The translations under genes were made by a program, and so were the position numbers. The notes beneath the pieces are model-generated. The model had not been told where the DNA came from and searched no databases. It saw nothing but the letters and a program-made list of their open reading frames with translations. DNA of 62,000 bases, taken from contig MU057560.1 of NCBI GenBank assembly GCA_013265495.1, positions 382,753-444,752 on the forward strand. Direction: 5' to 3'. The stretch's first letter is position 1; each line of letters starts with the position of its first letter. The DNA is from Vicugna vicugna. Taxonomy: Eukaryota. This document shows positions 1 through 12,460 of the stretch, piece by piece.

Positions 1-994
1 GTGTTATAACTTTATCTTGAACTGTAACCTTCTCTTAATAAAGGAAACATTTACTAACGTCATATGATTTATATATTACATGACTTATGGTTTATATTCA
101 AAGCTATCTGATATTAACATAACAATATTTATTTTTTATTTGGATTTTTCCCTATATAATTTCTCTACTTTTTATGTTTTCAAATATGCATAATTGATTT
201 CTTTAGTAGTGTTTAAAAAATACAGACTAAGCAAACTTGGTGATTCAATTTGAATTTGTTTTTCTTGCTTTTTGTTTATTTTTAATGTTAGCTTAGCTTG
301 TTGATACCTATAAACTTATTGCTAAAGCTGCTACAAATGATTTTAATTCTGTCATAATATTATTTTATACTATCTTTAAAGATTCAGTGATTTTTTTTCT
401 CATCTTTAGCATCGTCAAGGAATTTAAAATGTTCTCTCTGTTATATAATTTCTACAATTTATTTTATTATTCTCACTGTAGTTACATATTTAATATTTAG
501 AGCCAATTTTTTCCTAATTAACTATTAGCTGAAGGTTTTCCTTTAGTGGCAGAAACAGTATTTCTGAATTCTTATGTTTAAGGCAATTTGCCACCTCTTA
601 ATTGAATGAGGATATAAGTGAGGAGAATTCCTTGGACCATATATTATTTTCTTAAATATTTTTTCTTATTTCTACACTGTCTTTAGTATTCAGAGTTGTA
701 GCAGAGAAAACAGCCTGATGTTAGTTTTCTTTTGTAAGTGATGTGTTGTTTTTCCTGAATCTTTGAAGAAACCTTAATTTTGGTCTCTAGCAAAGTTGTT
801 AGTCTACATCTCAGCTCAGGCTGGTTTGTTTCAATGTTCTTGAAGATGCAATGTGTCTTCTTAATAAAGAGCATTGAGTCTTGAGTCTTTTTTTTTAAAT
901 TTTCATTAAGCTGTTTCAGCGATGCCTTCCTGTTTCAGAGGATATCATTTGCATACCTTGTCTTCTAAATCTTCTATTTTCTCTCAGATCCTAT

Positions 995-1191
995 AACACC
1001 TGGATACAGTAGCAAGTAGCCATGTATGACTATTTAAACTTAATTTTAAATTAACTAACATTAAAAATTCAGTTCTTCTATCTATTCACTTTCAAGTCAT
1101 CAGTAGCAGTGTGTGTCTAGGGGATGCTGTATTGGACAATGTAGCTAAGGACAGTTTCATCATAAAAAGAATGTTCTATTGGATAGTACTG
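995..1191. mobile_element. MER3-like hAT-Charlie DNA transposon relic
   Basis: Resembles MER3 consensus as recalled: agtagccatgtatgactatttaaa...aaaaattcagttc...gtattggacaatgtag...tttcatcat...gttctattggatagtactg. Confidence 0.65.
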
Positions 1192-1736
1192 ACATTTCTC
1201 TAAACCTTTTTCTATTTTACATTTAATTTTTCTTACTTTATTGTGTCTATGCTCCATGCCAATTATTATATTTTTATTATTTTTTTATATTTTATAATAT
1301 TTTATATTATTATATTATATTTTTACAGAGTGAATTTTATGTTTGAAGACTAGAAATTTAAGTAAAAAATTTTTTTTGAGGATGAGGATGTTTCAAGCAG
1401 TTAGGGAAAAAAATACCTGTTAAGTGTGTATTGGAGGAAAAATTATGTCAGCTGTCACGTCTCGCTTTTTTACCTTTGGGATTTCTGTCTTTCCTGATAT
1501 AACATGCCCAAGATCGTCTCAAAGAAAATTATGAAGTGATTTATGTTCATCTCTGTACCTTCAGCTCTTCTTTGTGAGCATTTTTCTTTATGTTACACAT
1601 GGTGCTTTTGCTTCCCTGTACCTTTCATTTCTCTCTTATTTCCTCTTTGTATCAGGTTAAAATCTTACATTAGTCATTTACATCTTAGTGTGAGTGAGCA
1701 TGAAAGCTTTTTATTCCAAATCTCTTCTGTGCATGG

Positions 1737-2228
1737 TACGACAGCTAATTTTATGTGTCAGTGTGACTGGATCGTGGGGGGCCCAGATATCTGATTAAGC
1801 ATTATTTCTGGGTGTGTCTGTATGGATGTTTCCAGAAGGGGTGAGCATTTGAATTGGAGAACTGCATAGACTGGATTGTACCCCCTCCCAATGTGAGTGG
1901 ACATCATCTATTCCCTTGAGGGTCTGAATAGACCAAAAAGGGCTGAGGAAGTTTGAGTTCTTTCTCTTCCTGACTTCTCAGCTGAGAGCCACGTCCACCT
2001 GACTCATACTCCCGGGTGCTGGGCCTTCAGACATGAGCTTAAATCTACACCATCAGACCCCCTGCTCTCAGGCCTCTGAACTGCATGAGCAGCCTTCCCT
2101 GGGTCTCCAGCTTGCAGAGGGCAGATCATGGGCCTTCCTAGTTGCCATAATTGCAGGAATTAATACCTTACTTTATCTGTGTCTATATTCTGATGGTCCT
2201 GTTTCTCTGGATAACCCTGGCTACTACA
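1737..2228 (+). mobile_element. MLT2 (ERV-L) solo LTR with 5-bp TSD
   Basis: Typical MLT2 start (ctaattttatgtgtcagtgtgactgg...cccagatatctg...attatttctgggtgtgtctgt) and end (tgtttctctggataaccctggctactaca). Flanked by catgg (1732-1736) and cgtgg (2229-2233). Confidence 0.85.
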
Positions 2229-3184
2229 CGTGGGGAACTGCAGTGTCTTTAGTCATCGAATAAATGAGAAAGTCGGGGATAGGGCACTGCCACTCAGAAG
2301 GCCAGTACACCTGCTCAGTATTTATGCAACCTCAAACATGTCAAAACCTCAACAATAAAACAGAACACTTAGGGGAGATTTGTAGTAATACCATATAATT
2401 TGGGTTTTTGCTCAACCATTAAGAAACACAGGAATCTTTCAAAGTAAGCTTTATTTGGCTTAAACTTATTAGCTATCCGTGTGGGCCGGCCAAGCACTGT
2501 GCAGTGGTAAAAAGAAGAGTGGAGTCGCCCCTGTGCTCGGAGGACTCGCAGTCCCTTAGTGGGGGCTGACAACCAGCATGGCGATTTATTCCCTATACTT
2601 CTTTTTGCAATTTTTGATCAGGCTACAGACAAAGAGTGGGTAGCCACCCACTTGTGACCATGAGGCGTGATCTTTGGAAGTTTACCTGCAGCCTTCTTTT
2701 CATTGGCCTTTCACTCCCAGCACAGACGTTCTGAAATTTTCCTCCCTTGTTACAACCTATCTAAAATATTCATGACATTGTGGCATGTCTCCCCTATTAT
2801 ATGATCAAGTCTATATATCAAAACAAATTATTCATATAAACCTTTTATTTCCTGGAAAATTTGGGGCTGAATTTCAAGGAGTTACCAAGATTTTCTGGTG
2901 AGAGCATGTTGCTTTGTGTTTCTGGGAAATAGTCAAAGTATTTTAATAAATTTCAAGGATAAATATAACCTCAGTTCAGATTTTTATAACCCAGACTATT
3001 CTCTGGCAAACCAGGGAAATGGATAATGCTCAGAAAGTGGGGCCAAATTAGATGTTTCTCCTTGAATGACTAAATGCTGTATTCATTGTAACATAATGAT
3101 TCCCATGTATAGAAAACCAAATGCAAATGATTATAACTCATTTTATATATATTATATATATCCAACTATCTTGTAATATGATTT

Positions 3185-3250
3185 CCTAACTTTATTTAAT
3201 AGATGAAGAAACTAAGGGAGTTAAATGACTCACCCAAGGTCACATAATTT
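3185..3250 (-). mobile_element. MIR SINE fragment
   Basis: MIR core atagatgaagaaactaagg...ttaaatgactcacccaaggtcaca. Confidence 0.6.
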
Positions 3251-3270
3251 GTATTTAAAAAATGTTTTTT

Positions 3271-3535
3271 CACCCCAATGTTCGTAGAGCACTATTTACA
3301 ATAGCCAAGATGTGGAAGTAACCTAAATGTCCATCAACAGATGACTGGATAAAAGAAGATGTGGATATAATACAATGGAATACTACTCAGCCATAAAAAA
3401 GAATAAAATAATGCCATTTACAGCAACATGGAGATTGTCATCCTAAGTGAAGTAAGCCAGAGAGAGAAAGCAAAGCACCATATGATATCACTTATCTGTG
3501 GAATCTAAACAAATGACACAAATGAACTTATTTAT
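3271..3535 (+). mobile_element. Young LINE-1 fragment (ORF2 end and start of 3'UTR), truncated at both ends
   Basis: Highly similar to the L1 copies at 7.3, 16.4 and 22.1 kb (tacaatggaatactactcagccataaaaaagaataaaataatgccatt...gacacaaatgaacttattta). The distal 3'UTR is missing. Confidence 0.9.
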
Positions 3536-3554
3536 CCATAGTATTATTTTAAAA

Positions 3555-3700
3555 ATATTTCTGGGTGCCCACTCTGTGTCAGGCACACTTCTTGGCACTA
3601 GAGATTTACCAGTAAGCAAAAAGCAAAGCAAAACAAAGCAAATATCCCTGGCTCTACGAGGGCTTGGCTCTACCAAAATGAACAAAATGAACAGAGCGAT
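3555..3700 (-). mobile_element. L2 LINE 3' fragment
   Basis: tgggtgcccactctgtgtcaggcac...atccctggctctacgagggctt resembles the reverse-oriented L2 3' end. Confidence 0.5.
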
Positions 3701-4199
3701 TGGACATGCTTGAGGAAGTTTAAATTTAGGCTGGCAAGTGCTTTGATATCAGTAAGTACCAGGTGCCTCGTCAGATTTTTTTTTTCTTATCTGAAAAAAA
3801 TAGAGATACCTTTACTTTCCCTCTTAACTCCTAGGGTGGTTGTTAACAGCCTTGTTGAAAGGGATATTTTTGTAAATGATAGAAGACGAAGTAAGGGTAT
3901 TAGGTTTTTGTTTTATGATGTCAATAGCAGTGATAAATAAAGCAGGTCACAGTCCAGCACCCGTTGCTGGTTGTACAGTGTGGTCCAGGGAAAAGGGCGG
4001 CCGGTTAGATCCTGGAATTACATGTCCAGGCCACGCTTGGCCCACTGGCTGTGTGAATTTATCTAATCGGTATTTGTCATGCTTTGACATCCAGCGCTGG
4101 GCCCTCGTCCTTATGTTTGGGGGATCCCCTTCCATGTGGGTCTTAATAAGAGTCACAGTCACTTCTTCTTAGAAAAGAACAATTTCCAAGATTCTGCCC

Positions 4200-4522
4200 T
4201 GTCAGGCCCGCCCAGAGCCTTGGACACAAGGTGTCCCTGGGTTCCAGTGGTCACGTGTCCACCTCAGCTGTAGCTGCAGGTAGCTTCCAAGCACAGACGC
4301 GCAGCAGTGATGTGCAGATGGTGACTGCGTTAAGATCTCTGTCCCGACACACGTGCACCCCTCCGTCTGCACATCTGGTCTAGGGGGTGATGTTGGGTCT
4401 GATTCTTCACTGCACGGCCCTCGGACTGCTGCCTCGGGCCACCTGGCCCTCTGTGATCTACTGATATCCTTTTAATAAACTTATTTTCTGCTTAAATCAG
4501 CCACAGTCAACTTCTATGGATG
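4200..4522 (+). mobile_element. Old ERVL-type LTR relic (LTR16/LTR33-like)
   Basis: Ends with aataaacttattttctgcttaaatcagccacagtcaacttct, the characteristic ERVL/MaLR LTR 3' motif. The 5' boundary is uncertain. Confidence 0.5.
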
Positions 4523-7269
4523 GGAGAAAAAAAATCCTCCTGTGCGATATCCTTGGACTAATCCTCATCCTCTCTGAGTCGGGTCTCATCCAGTGGGGAC
4601 CACGCTACTAACTCTCTGTTGCAGGCGTCAGAAGTCATTACAGGGAAGGGGCTCAGTAACCCTGAGTTGCTAAGTTGTCAGTGGAAGAGAGGGTCTTTGG
4701 TTTAGTCAATTTCTGTTTGTTTTGGGGGATTTTGTTCCTTTTTTTTTTTTTTTGAGGGTTCTTGTTTTCCTTCGTCCTGTCATGATGTGCAGTCAGGCTC
4801 TGAGTCACGGCCGATGCGGTGCATTTGACTTCAACAGGATCCTGTAAAAAAAGGTCTTTTCTCAGCAGCTGCATCGAGTCACTGAAGTTTCCCCAGAGAA
4901 ATTCTCCATTTGGCTGCTCATGCACATCTTGTCTCCCTGCTCCGAGCTGGGAAAGAAATTAGAAAGCTTTGTTGTGAGATTCCCTGGGGCACGTGGAGGA
5001 CAGAGGCACGAAGGTGTGTGTGGGAGAGATTAGACAGGACGAGGATGGGAGTCCAGGTGTCATTTCCTGAGCACTTACTATATTCCAGGTGGGACTTCGT
5101 GTTCATGACATTATGTCACGTTCCCTTAGAGGACAAGATCCATCTGACAAGGAATTCCACTATTTTGCCCACTGTCTCAGTCCCCCCTACTCCTCCAGTG
5201 CTTATCAGAAAATCAGCACTCAAGTATTTGAAGGAATAAATGATTGAATAAATAAGCAGATAGCGTTTCAGGATAAGGTCTGCAATCCCCAAACGGCAGA
5301 GAATTGAAAGACAAAGTCGTTCTTTGAGGATCACAAGCTAGAAAGCGCAGAACGAGCTCAGGGATGAGACTTGTCCACAAGAAGGGCCTGCAAGTTTGCA
5401 CCGCCCACTGTATCGACCCAAAGAGCCGTGAGGGCAAGGGTTCAATGTGAAAGGCAAGGAAATGATGAAGAATTATCGCTTCTTTATGCTCAGAATAAAT
5501 GTGCAGCTTGGACGACACGCTGGCAGACGCCACCATCCTCCAGTCCTTACGTGTCAGGTGGAGGCTGGGGAGGAAGGAGGCGCCGCGGGCGGCTCCCTCC
5601 CGGACACACTTCTCTCCCCTCCTGGCCCAGCGCCAACTCATTTGACTTTCATTTCTCTCCTGTGCCTTGCTGGGAGGTCATTTCATGCGTTTGTGCATCT
5701 CTGCCTGAACAGTGTCTCCCAGGGTTTGGGGCGTAAGCTTATTTTCCTCCTTTCATAACAATGCCTGCTTTATTCTTTTATCTCACCTGCATCAATTAGA
5801 TGCTCTCTTGAACTGCTTTAACAGCGTTCACCTTTACCATAACTTAGTGCAGCTATTCTGGGAGGATGCACTTCTGGCCACTGTCTCAGACGGAGCTCAG
5901 TGGTTACCACCATCTAGCAGAGCAGGCCCCAAACCCCAAGCAGCCTTCAGGGTCAGCAGCACTTAGATCCAGTGACTGTAAAAACCACTTCAAGGACATT
6001 CCGTGAAGGGAAAAGAATTTGCAAAAGTACAACATTGTGAAAAAAAGCACTGCCATTCAGAAAAGGTGACGAATCCACTTTGGCTGAAAAATAGGTGGAA
6101 AAGGAGGTGGAGACTGTTAGTTAATGAGATTGAGAGTGAAGGAAATCCATCAATTTGGGGAGGTAGCTCGAAGTCACGTTGTGATTTACCTTAAATACAA
6201 AACCAAAGATGCTTTCAGGCAATTTTTTTTCTTTTTAATTCCTAGAAGCATAGGGAAGGATGGAAAAAACTGAAGATGAGAAATCTAAAGAGAATTCAGT
6301 TGCAAAATTCTCTCCAAACCAATCAGATGCTAGTAAAGTTATGACCTAATTAGAAATGAGTATATACCATTGTTTGTGTGGTTGTTATTATGATCATTAA
6401 TTCCTATCACACTTTACTTCCAATCACAGCCCGCTGGCTAGATCTAGACCACAGCCAACTGCCTTCTGGGAGTGGAGGGGTGTGGGGAGCACGTGGGTCT
6501 ATGGTCAACAGTGAAGAACTCCCCACAGTAGGAGGTTTTATCTGCAGTCTGTGAGACGAGGAAACTGAAATTCAGACAGGTTAATAATGCATGTTTTCAT
6601 GAAAGATATCTGGATAATCCTGAAAGCCAATAGTCATAATATGATTTTATATGAGATTATTTTACAAAATGGTTTCATTTTTAAGTTCGTGCCCATTGAA
6701 AGGTATTTTTATGCTTAGAAAGATCAGTAGGCTAGCATATATATCTCTGTTTCTCCTAAAAAGGGGAGTTGGTCCAAATCCACACTAAAATTTTATCTAG
6801 CCATTTATTTCTAATGTCTTCTAGCTCCAAGAAAATGCTTATGAATATCATAGTTATCTGCCTAATTTATAAAGAGATCTTTAACCATAATGATTTTAGA
6901 CTAATAATTCATTGATAAAATTATAGAAATCATGTACCACATTTACACATTTGCCATATTGTCATAAATAAACATAGGTTCAAGTGTGTGGAATTAAGAT
7001 GTGTGGTGTTTTCAATACCTAAAAAGTTAGTTCCTGTAGGACTGGCATACGGGTAACAGTATGACTGTCTTAAGGCACCCTGGTACAGTGGAATTAACAT
7101 GGGATCAGGAGTTTTAGGGTTCTGCATTGAAATCTTAGCTTTATCCCTAAGATATTTAAAAATTTAATTGGTTTCCTTGAAATTCAGTTCATTCACTTAT
7201 AAATTAAAGTAATAATATCTACCTTATTCTTTAGAATGGGGATTACAAGTTATGACCTCATAAAAATAT

Positions 7270-7900
7270 GATCAGCCAGCAATCCCACTCCTGGGTGTGT
7301 AACTGGAGGAGATCCTTATTTGAAAAGATTCATGTACCCCATAGCAGCACTAGTTACAACAGCCAGGACAGGGTAACAATCTAAATATCCCCCGACAGAC
7401 AACTGAATAAAGAAGCTGCGGTGTATTTAGACAATGGAATACTACTCAGCCATAAAAAAGAATAAAATAATGCCATTTGCAGCAACATGGGTGGACTTGG
7501 AAATCATCATTCTAAGCGAAGTAAGCCAGATAGAGAAAGAAATATACCATATGATATCACTTATATGTGAAATCTAAAAAAAATGACACAAATGAACTTA
7601 TTTACAAAACAGAAACAGACTCACAGACAAAGAGAACAAACATATGGTTACCAGGGAGGAAAGGGGGTGGGAAGGGATAAATTGAGAGTTTGAGATTTGC
7701 AGATACTAACTACTATATATAAAATAGATAAACAACAAATTTATACTACAGAGCACAGGGAACTCTATTCAATATCTTGTAGTCACCTATAATGAAAAAG
7801 AACATGAAAATAAATATGTGTATGAACATGTATGACTGAAACATGATGCTGCACACCAGAAATTGACAAAACATTGTAAACTGACTATACGTCAATTTTT
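7270..7900 (+). mobile_element. 5'-truncated young LINE-1 (ORF2 C-terminus and full 3'UTR)
   Basis: cagcaatcccactcctggg...gcagcaacatgggtggacttgg...gaaacagactcacagac...acattgtaaactgactatac. Colinear with the other L1 copies in the window. Confidence 0.92.
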
Positions 7901-8139
7901 GTTTAATATAGCTATATTAGAAAAAGAGTAGGAGGCTCTTATCTCTTCCACCGTAATGTGGGGTTCATACTTCAAAGGCTGATCAGTGAATGAGTCATTT
8001 CATTATATTTAGAAAAATTGATAACCCTCTAAGAATAGTATAAAGACCTATTTCTTCTCCTTTTGGAAATTCCCCTCAATCCTTGAAGCAGATATTAGCT
8101 GCCTAGAGTTAGACATTCAGAGCCTTCAGATCATTTTTT

Positions 8140-8680
8140 TTTTTTCATTTTGTGACGGCTTCTGCGTCTGCACCATGATGAATCCACGCGGAGCGACCTT
8201 CCCCCTGTCGGCACAGCTACTAAATCCCGGCTCCACGAGGCGGGCTGGGAAGTAAAAGCAGGTGGGGCCTTTGTGACCAGTCTCACACCATTGTTCGGAG
8301 CCCTTTGGGGAAATGTTACCAGCCCCCCGGGCCCCCCCCGACCCACGGCGCAGCGGGAGGCTGCGGACGGACAGCGCAGCTCGTTAGCAGGGCCCGCACC
8401 GCCGCGAGTCTCCGCTGTGCGGCCCGTGCGGGGCTGCAGCGCCGCGCTGGGGACACAGGCTCCCAGCCCGGTACTCTGACGGTGATTCCGCAATCTGCCC
8501 CCGGCCGCTCCGGGCCGGCGCGGCGCTCGCTCGCGACAGGGACGCCCTTTCACGGCGCGCTGACTGCCAGGCACCTGAGTCCCGGAGCAGAGGCAGAGCC
8601 CGGCTTGGGAGAATAAAACCGCAGACGGCCCCTCCGAGCAAAGGGCGTTGTGCAGCCGGCAGGGCTACGTTTAAAAGCAT
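8140..8680. promoter_or_regulatory. CpG island (orphan, promoter- or enhancer-like)
   Basis: Sharp GC- and CpG-rich block (e.g. ccggccgctccgggccggcgcggcgctcgctcgcgac) between AT-rich flanks. Overlapping ORFs are low-complexity Arg/Ala/Pro-rich. Confidence 0.75.
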
Positions 8681-11600
8681 TTCCTGTCGAGGTGAAGCTT
8701 TCTAAATCCGACGCTGAAGGTTTCTGGAATGACTTTTCTTTTCCCTGTTGAGAGTCCTGGAGGCAGTGCCTCTTGGAAGGTGGTGGCTGTGGGACTCGTG
8801 TTGTTCCTCCTCTGCTTGGTAACTGACTCCAAGCCCAACACCTGGGGGTGAAAAAGAAGTGGACGGGGCAGAAAAATGGGTTTCCAGCCCTGCAGCGAGA
8901 AACTTGAAAGTCCCACCCCCCATGGGCGTATTCCTTCTTTCCAGTTCCTGAACATTCTGTGCCGTTACTAGCTTTTCAATTGTATTGTTGAAACAAACAA
9001 AAATATATATATACATTTATAATTAATACATATCATAGGTAATACATATGATGTATGTATTTGAAATATATAGATTTCAAAATGCACATCTATACTCAGA
9101 TATATATATTCTCCAATAATGCTTAGCATCAATATATGCACACGTAACTGAATTTTTATTTTTAAAAATCTGCAACGTGGATGTGATCATCCCCTTCCGG
9201 CAAAGAAGGAAATTAAGTTCAGAGAAGACGCTAAGGCCAATAAGGCAAGTCAGCAGGGCCCGAGCATCCTTCTCTGCTGTAAATTCCCTGAAATCCAGAT
9301 GGAAGGAACATTCTTTAAAAGGCAGTCTTAGCTTGTAAGAAAGACAAATGTCCACATGCAGAAAACCAGGGGTCTAAGGGCACGGAACGACGCTGCCCTT
9401 CCCAGGCAGGGTAGGGCTGCAGGGTGAGTCCCCCAGCGCGTGGCTGCAAGTCAGTTGGCGCAAATCCTTTGGTCTCTGTGATGAAGAGACGTGGAAATGA
9501 GACCCTGCAAAATGCCAGAACTTGTGGAGGACTTACTCCCTGTGAAAGGACAGGCTAGAAAAAAATACACTGACGCTCACCAGTGGGCTGGCAAGAACAT
9601 TTAACTGCCATGTCCCAGGCTCTGGGGAAACACAAAAGAAACAAAAAACAAAGTCAGTTTCCTGAGAAATCAGAACTCCAACTTTCAATGAACTGAGCTT
9701 TGGGTTACAGTTCAGAATGTGCAGGGAGTCAGGGATCAGGAGGCTGATAAGTCCACTTAAAATTTGGTCCCAAGCTGCTCTTACCCTGGGGCGACTGGCA
9801 GAAGCAACCGTTTTAAAGAAATTCTCCGGTCTCCTACCCAAGGTGCAAAAGACTTTGAGGGGAAGAAACACTAGAAGGGGATGAGCACGTGCTCCGCGCC
9901 TGTCTGCTGCACAGGCGGCTTTCACGGGCCAGAATTTGTCACACCAAGTCCTGACACAGGGTGACGCCCGCCTCCTGATCTGGGGAGCACACGTCCATCT
10001 GTTTGCTCCCTGGCCTGCACCACATCTTCGAGAACGTCTAGCTTAAATATCGTTGGGAGAAGGTGTCGGTTTTCTGACCTACTCCGAAATAACTCAGCAG
10101 GCCGGCCGTCCTTGCATGAGGAGGTGGGTCATTCTCGGACCAGTTTTGCTGCTCTGCTCCCTTCAGGACTGAACGGATCCTGGGCTCAGGAGCTGTCAGA
10201 ACCCCTGGCATGAGTCTCCTCTGGAGGGCTCCCAACCCAGACCCTTCGCTCTTCCTTCCCATCTTTCCTAAGTGTCGCCTTTGTTCCCACGAGACAAGCC
10301 CCAAGGTCTCCTTCTTATCTTAGGCCCCTTGCTGTGCTTCCAGTTAGAATGGCAGGAGCGGATCGAGTGAGGCCTCGGAGCTGCAGGCTATCACCTTCTG
10401 AACTGGAGGGCTTGGCCTGCCCTCTTTTGAAGCAAATCCTCACGGAGCCGTGGACTCAGCCATCACATGGCCCCATGTGAGACACATTTCCTTTCTCGAG
10501 GTGAGGTCACTTAGGGATCCTCCTCCCTCCTTGCTGGCCTTGGGCTGAAGAGTGAACCAGAAGGCTGCTCGGCATTTGCTGAGGAGCCCCGGGCGCAGTG
10601 AGTCTTCGGCCTTGGCTCTTCTTGGCTTTACGTGTCTGTGATAGAAAAGCACAAGTCCCTGCTCCTCCAGGAGGGCGTCTGGGGGGCCCAGGATGCTACT
10701 GTGAATGAGCTTCTATTTGCTGAGGTTAGCAAAATATTGTGGTGCAGGTGACTTTAGATAAGAATTAGCTTTTTAGAGAAGAAAGAGGAACAACCAAGAA
10801 GTCAAAGGATGGAGCTTTGAAGGGTTAGGAAGGACAAGAACTTCTAGACTCTACAAAGCAAGGGCTGAAATTCAAAATAGTCTTGAGTAACAAAAGCAAA
10901 AACAAATCCCCCAAACTTAAAAATCTTAGCTCAGCAGAGGGGCTCGATAAATAAGCAAAGGCCAGGGTAATAAAATTGTCTTCCTGTCCAAGACTATTTT
11001 TCCGGCAGTCTCAGGGCAGCTGTCATCCATGTGGAGGAGAGAGTTTAGGGGAAAAGAAGGAAATGCCGAGGCAGGTTTGAGAATCCTGCCTAGTCACGAA
11101 GTATGACTTTAGATACTGACACATGGGACTGGCTAGAACCGGGTAGACCAGAAGTCCACCTATTTCTGCGAGAATCATGTTTCCAAAAAACCCATTACCT
11201 TAGGTTTAAACCATTGCCCTAGCCTTACCCATGCCATGACAGTAAAATCTTTCTTTCACCTTCCAAAATTCCACCAGCATGAAGGAGCCTGAAGTTGTAC
11301 AAGCTTAAGAAGGGCATGTGCCCCCCTTGAACACGGTCGTGGAAGGGGACCTCCTCAAGGGCCCCTGTGGGAGCACAGAGGAAAAACAGACGAGGAAGTC
11401 ACTACAAACGGGTAGACTGAGGACCTACTGAGAACGGCCCCCTGCTGCTGCAGAGACAGCGTCGTCATCCGTCTTTAGATTCATGGTGAAGACACATGAT
11501 GCATTCAACCCAATCGCAAACCATTGAAGAGAAAGAGAGACGACTGACACAAGGGAGTCCATCAAAATATTAAAAATTCATGAGGCTACGTCTTCCTGCA

Positions 11601-11999
11601 GATTTTCTTTGTTTGCTATTATTTTAAAATTAAACTTAAAAGGAGTGTTTTTTTCCTGCACATTTTCAGTATTAGCAAAGGGATGACTTTAGAATTTGTG
11701 TCTCACGATGAAAACTTAAAAAAAACTGGCACATCTATGATGTTGGTGATGTTGGTGCAATTAAGACTCCGGATTCATAATCTGTTCCCTCCCTACCTCT
11801 TTAACTTTGCATCCATAATACATTTCTAGGGGCTATCCTCCAAGTAGCTAACGAGGCATTTTAAAGAATTGTAGTAACAGTTCTGTAACTACTGGAAACA
11901 AAGACACTTTGAACGTGCAGATAATTTGTCTGGCTAAAGCCCATGGCTTAAGCATTTCAGCATGTCCAGGAGATATAAACATCGCCAGGCAGCGCTCGG

Positions 12000-12460
12000 G
12001 GAGTTCTGGGAAACAGGAGCCTGATAAATGGGGCAGCTGCTACTGATAAGCCACACCCCCGCCTCCCCTTCTGCCCGTGGCCTCAGGAGAAAGGGGAGAT
12101 GCGATTGTGGCCTTGCCTCCCTCAGGGAGGTGGCCCCTCAGCTGTTGGCTTGCTGAACAACAGCAGAGGGAGGGTAGACCAGCTGGCTGGGGACAGACCT
12201 TCTTTCACTGTGACCCCCTCTTGGGAGGTGGGCTCAGATAGAAATGCAGGAGAGAGAGGCGGGTCTCAGAGGCAATGAGCTGTGTACGGGGCTGAGAAAG
12301 GCAGGCAGGATGCTCCTGCAGGCCAGGCACAGGCCAAGCAATGCAGCTCGACCTCTGGCACTGATTACGGGCCTCGAGCAAGTCACTTCCTGATCCTTCC
12401 CTGTTTTTCCTATCAACACACGGGAAGTCATTGGCCAACCTGCTGATAATCCCCTCCAGC
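12000..12460. promoter_or_regulatory. Candidate haematopoietic/erythroid enhancer
   Basis: TTCTGGGAA (STAT, 12004), TGATAA (12022, 12044, ~12444), CAGCTG (12034), CCACACCC (KLF, 12051), CACTTCCTG and CGGGAAGT (ETS, 12384, 12421). Confidence 0.4.

Noticed and set aside
8131..8680. Overlapping ORFs in the CpG island (and similar ones at 19.5-20.6, 27 and 42.4 kb)
   Set aside because: Expected from stop-codon scarcity in GC-rich DNA; low-complexity translations.
10700..11640. Purine-rich stretch suspected of being a processed pseudogene
   Set aside because: The frames I translated had frequent stops, I recognised no parent protein, and there is no clear poly(A) or TSD. BLASTX would be needed.
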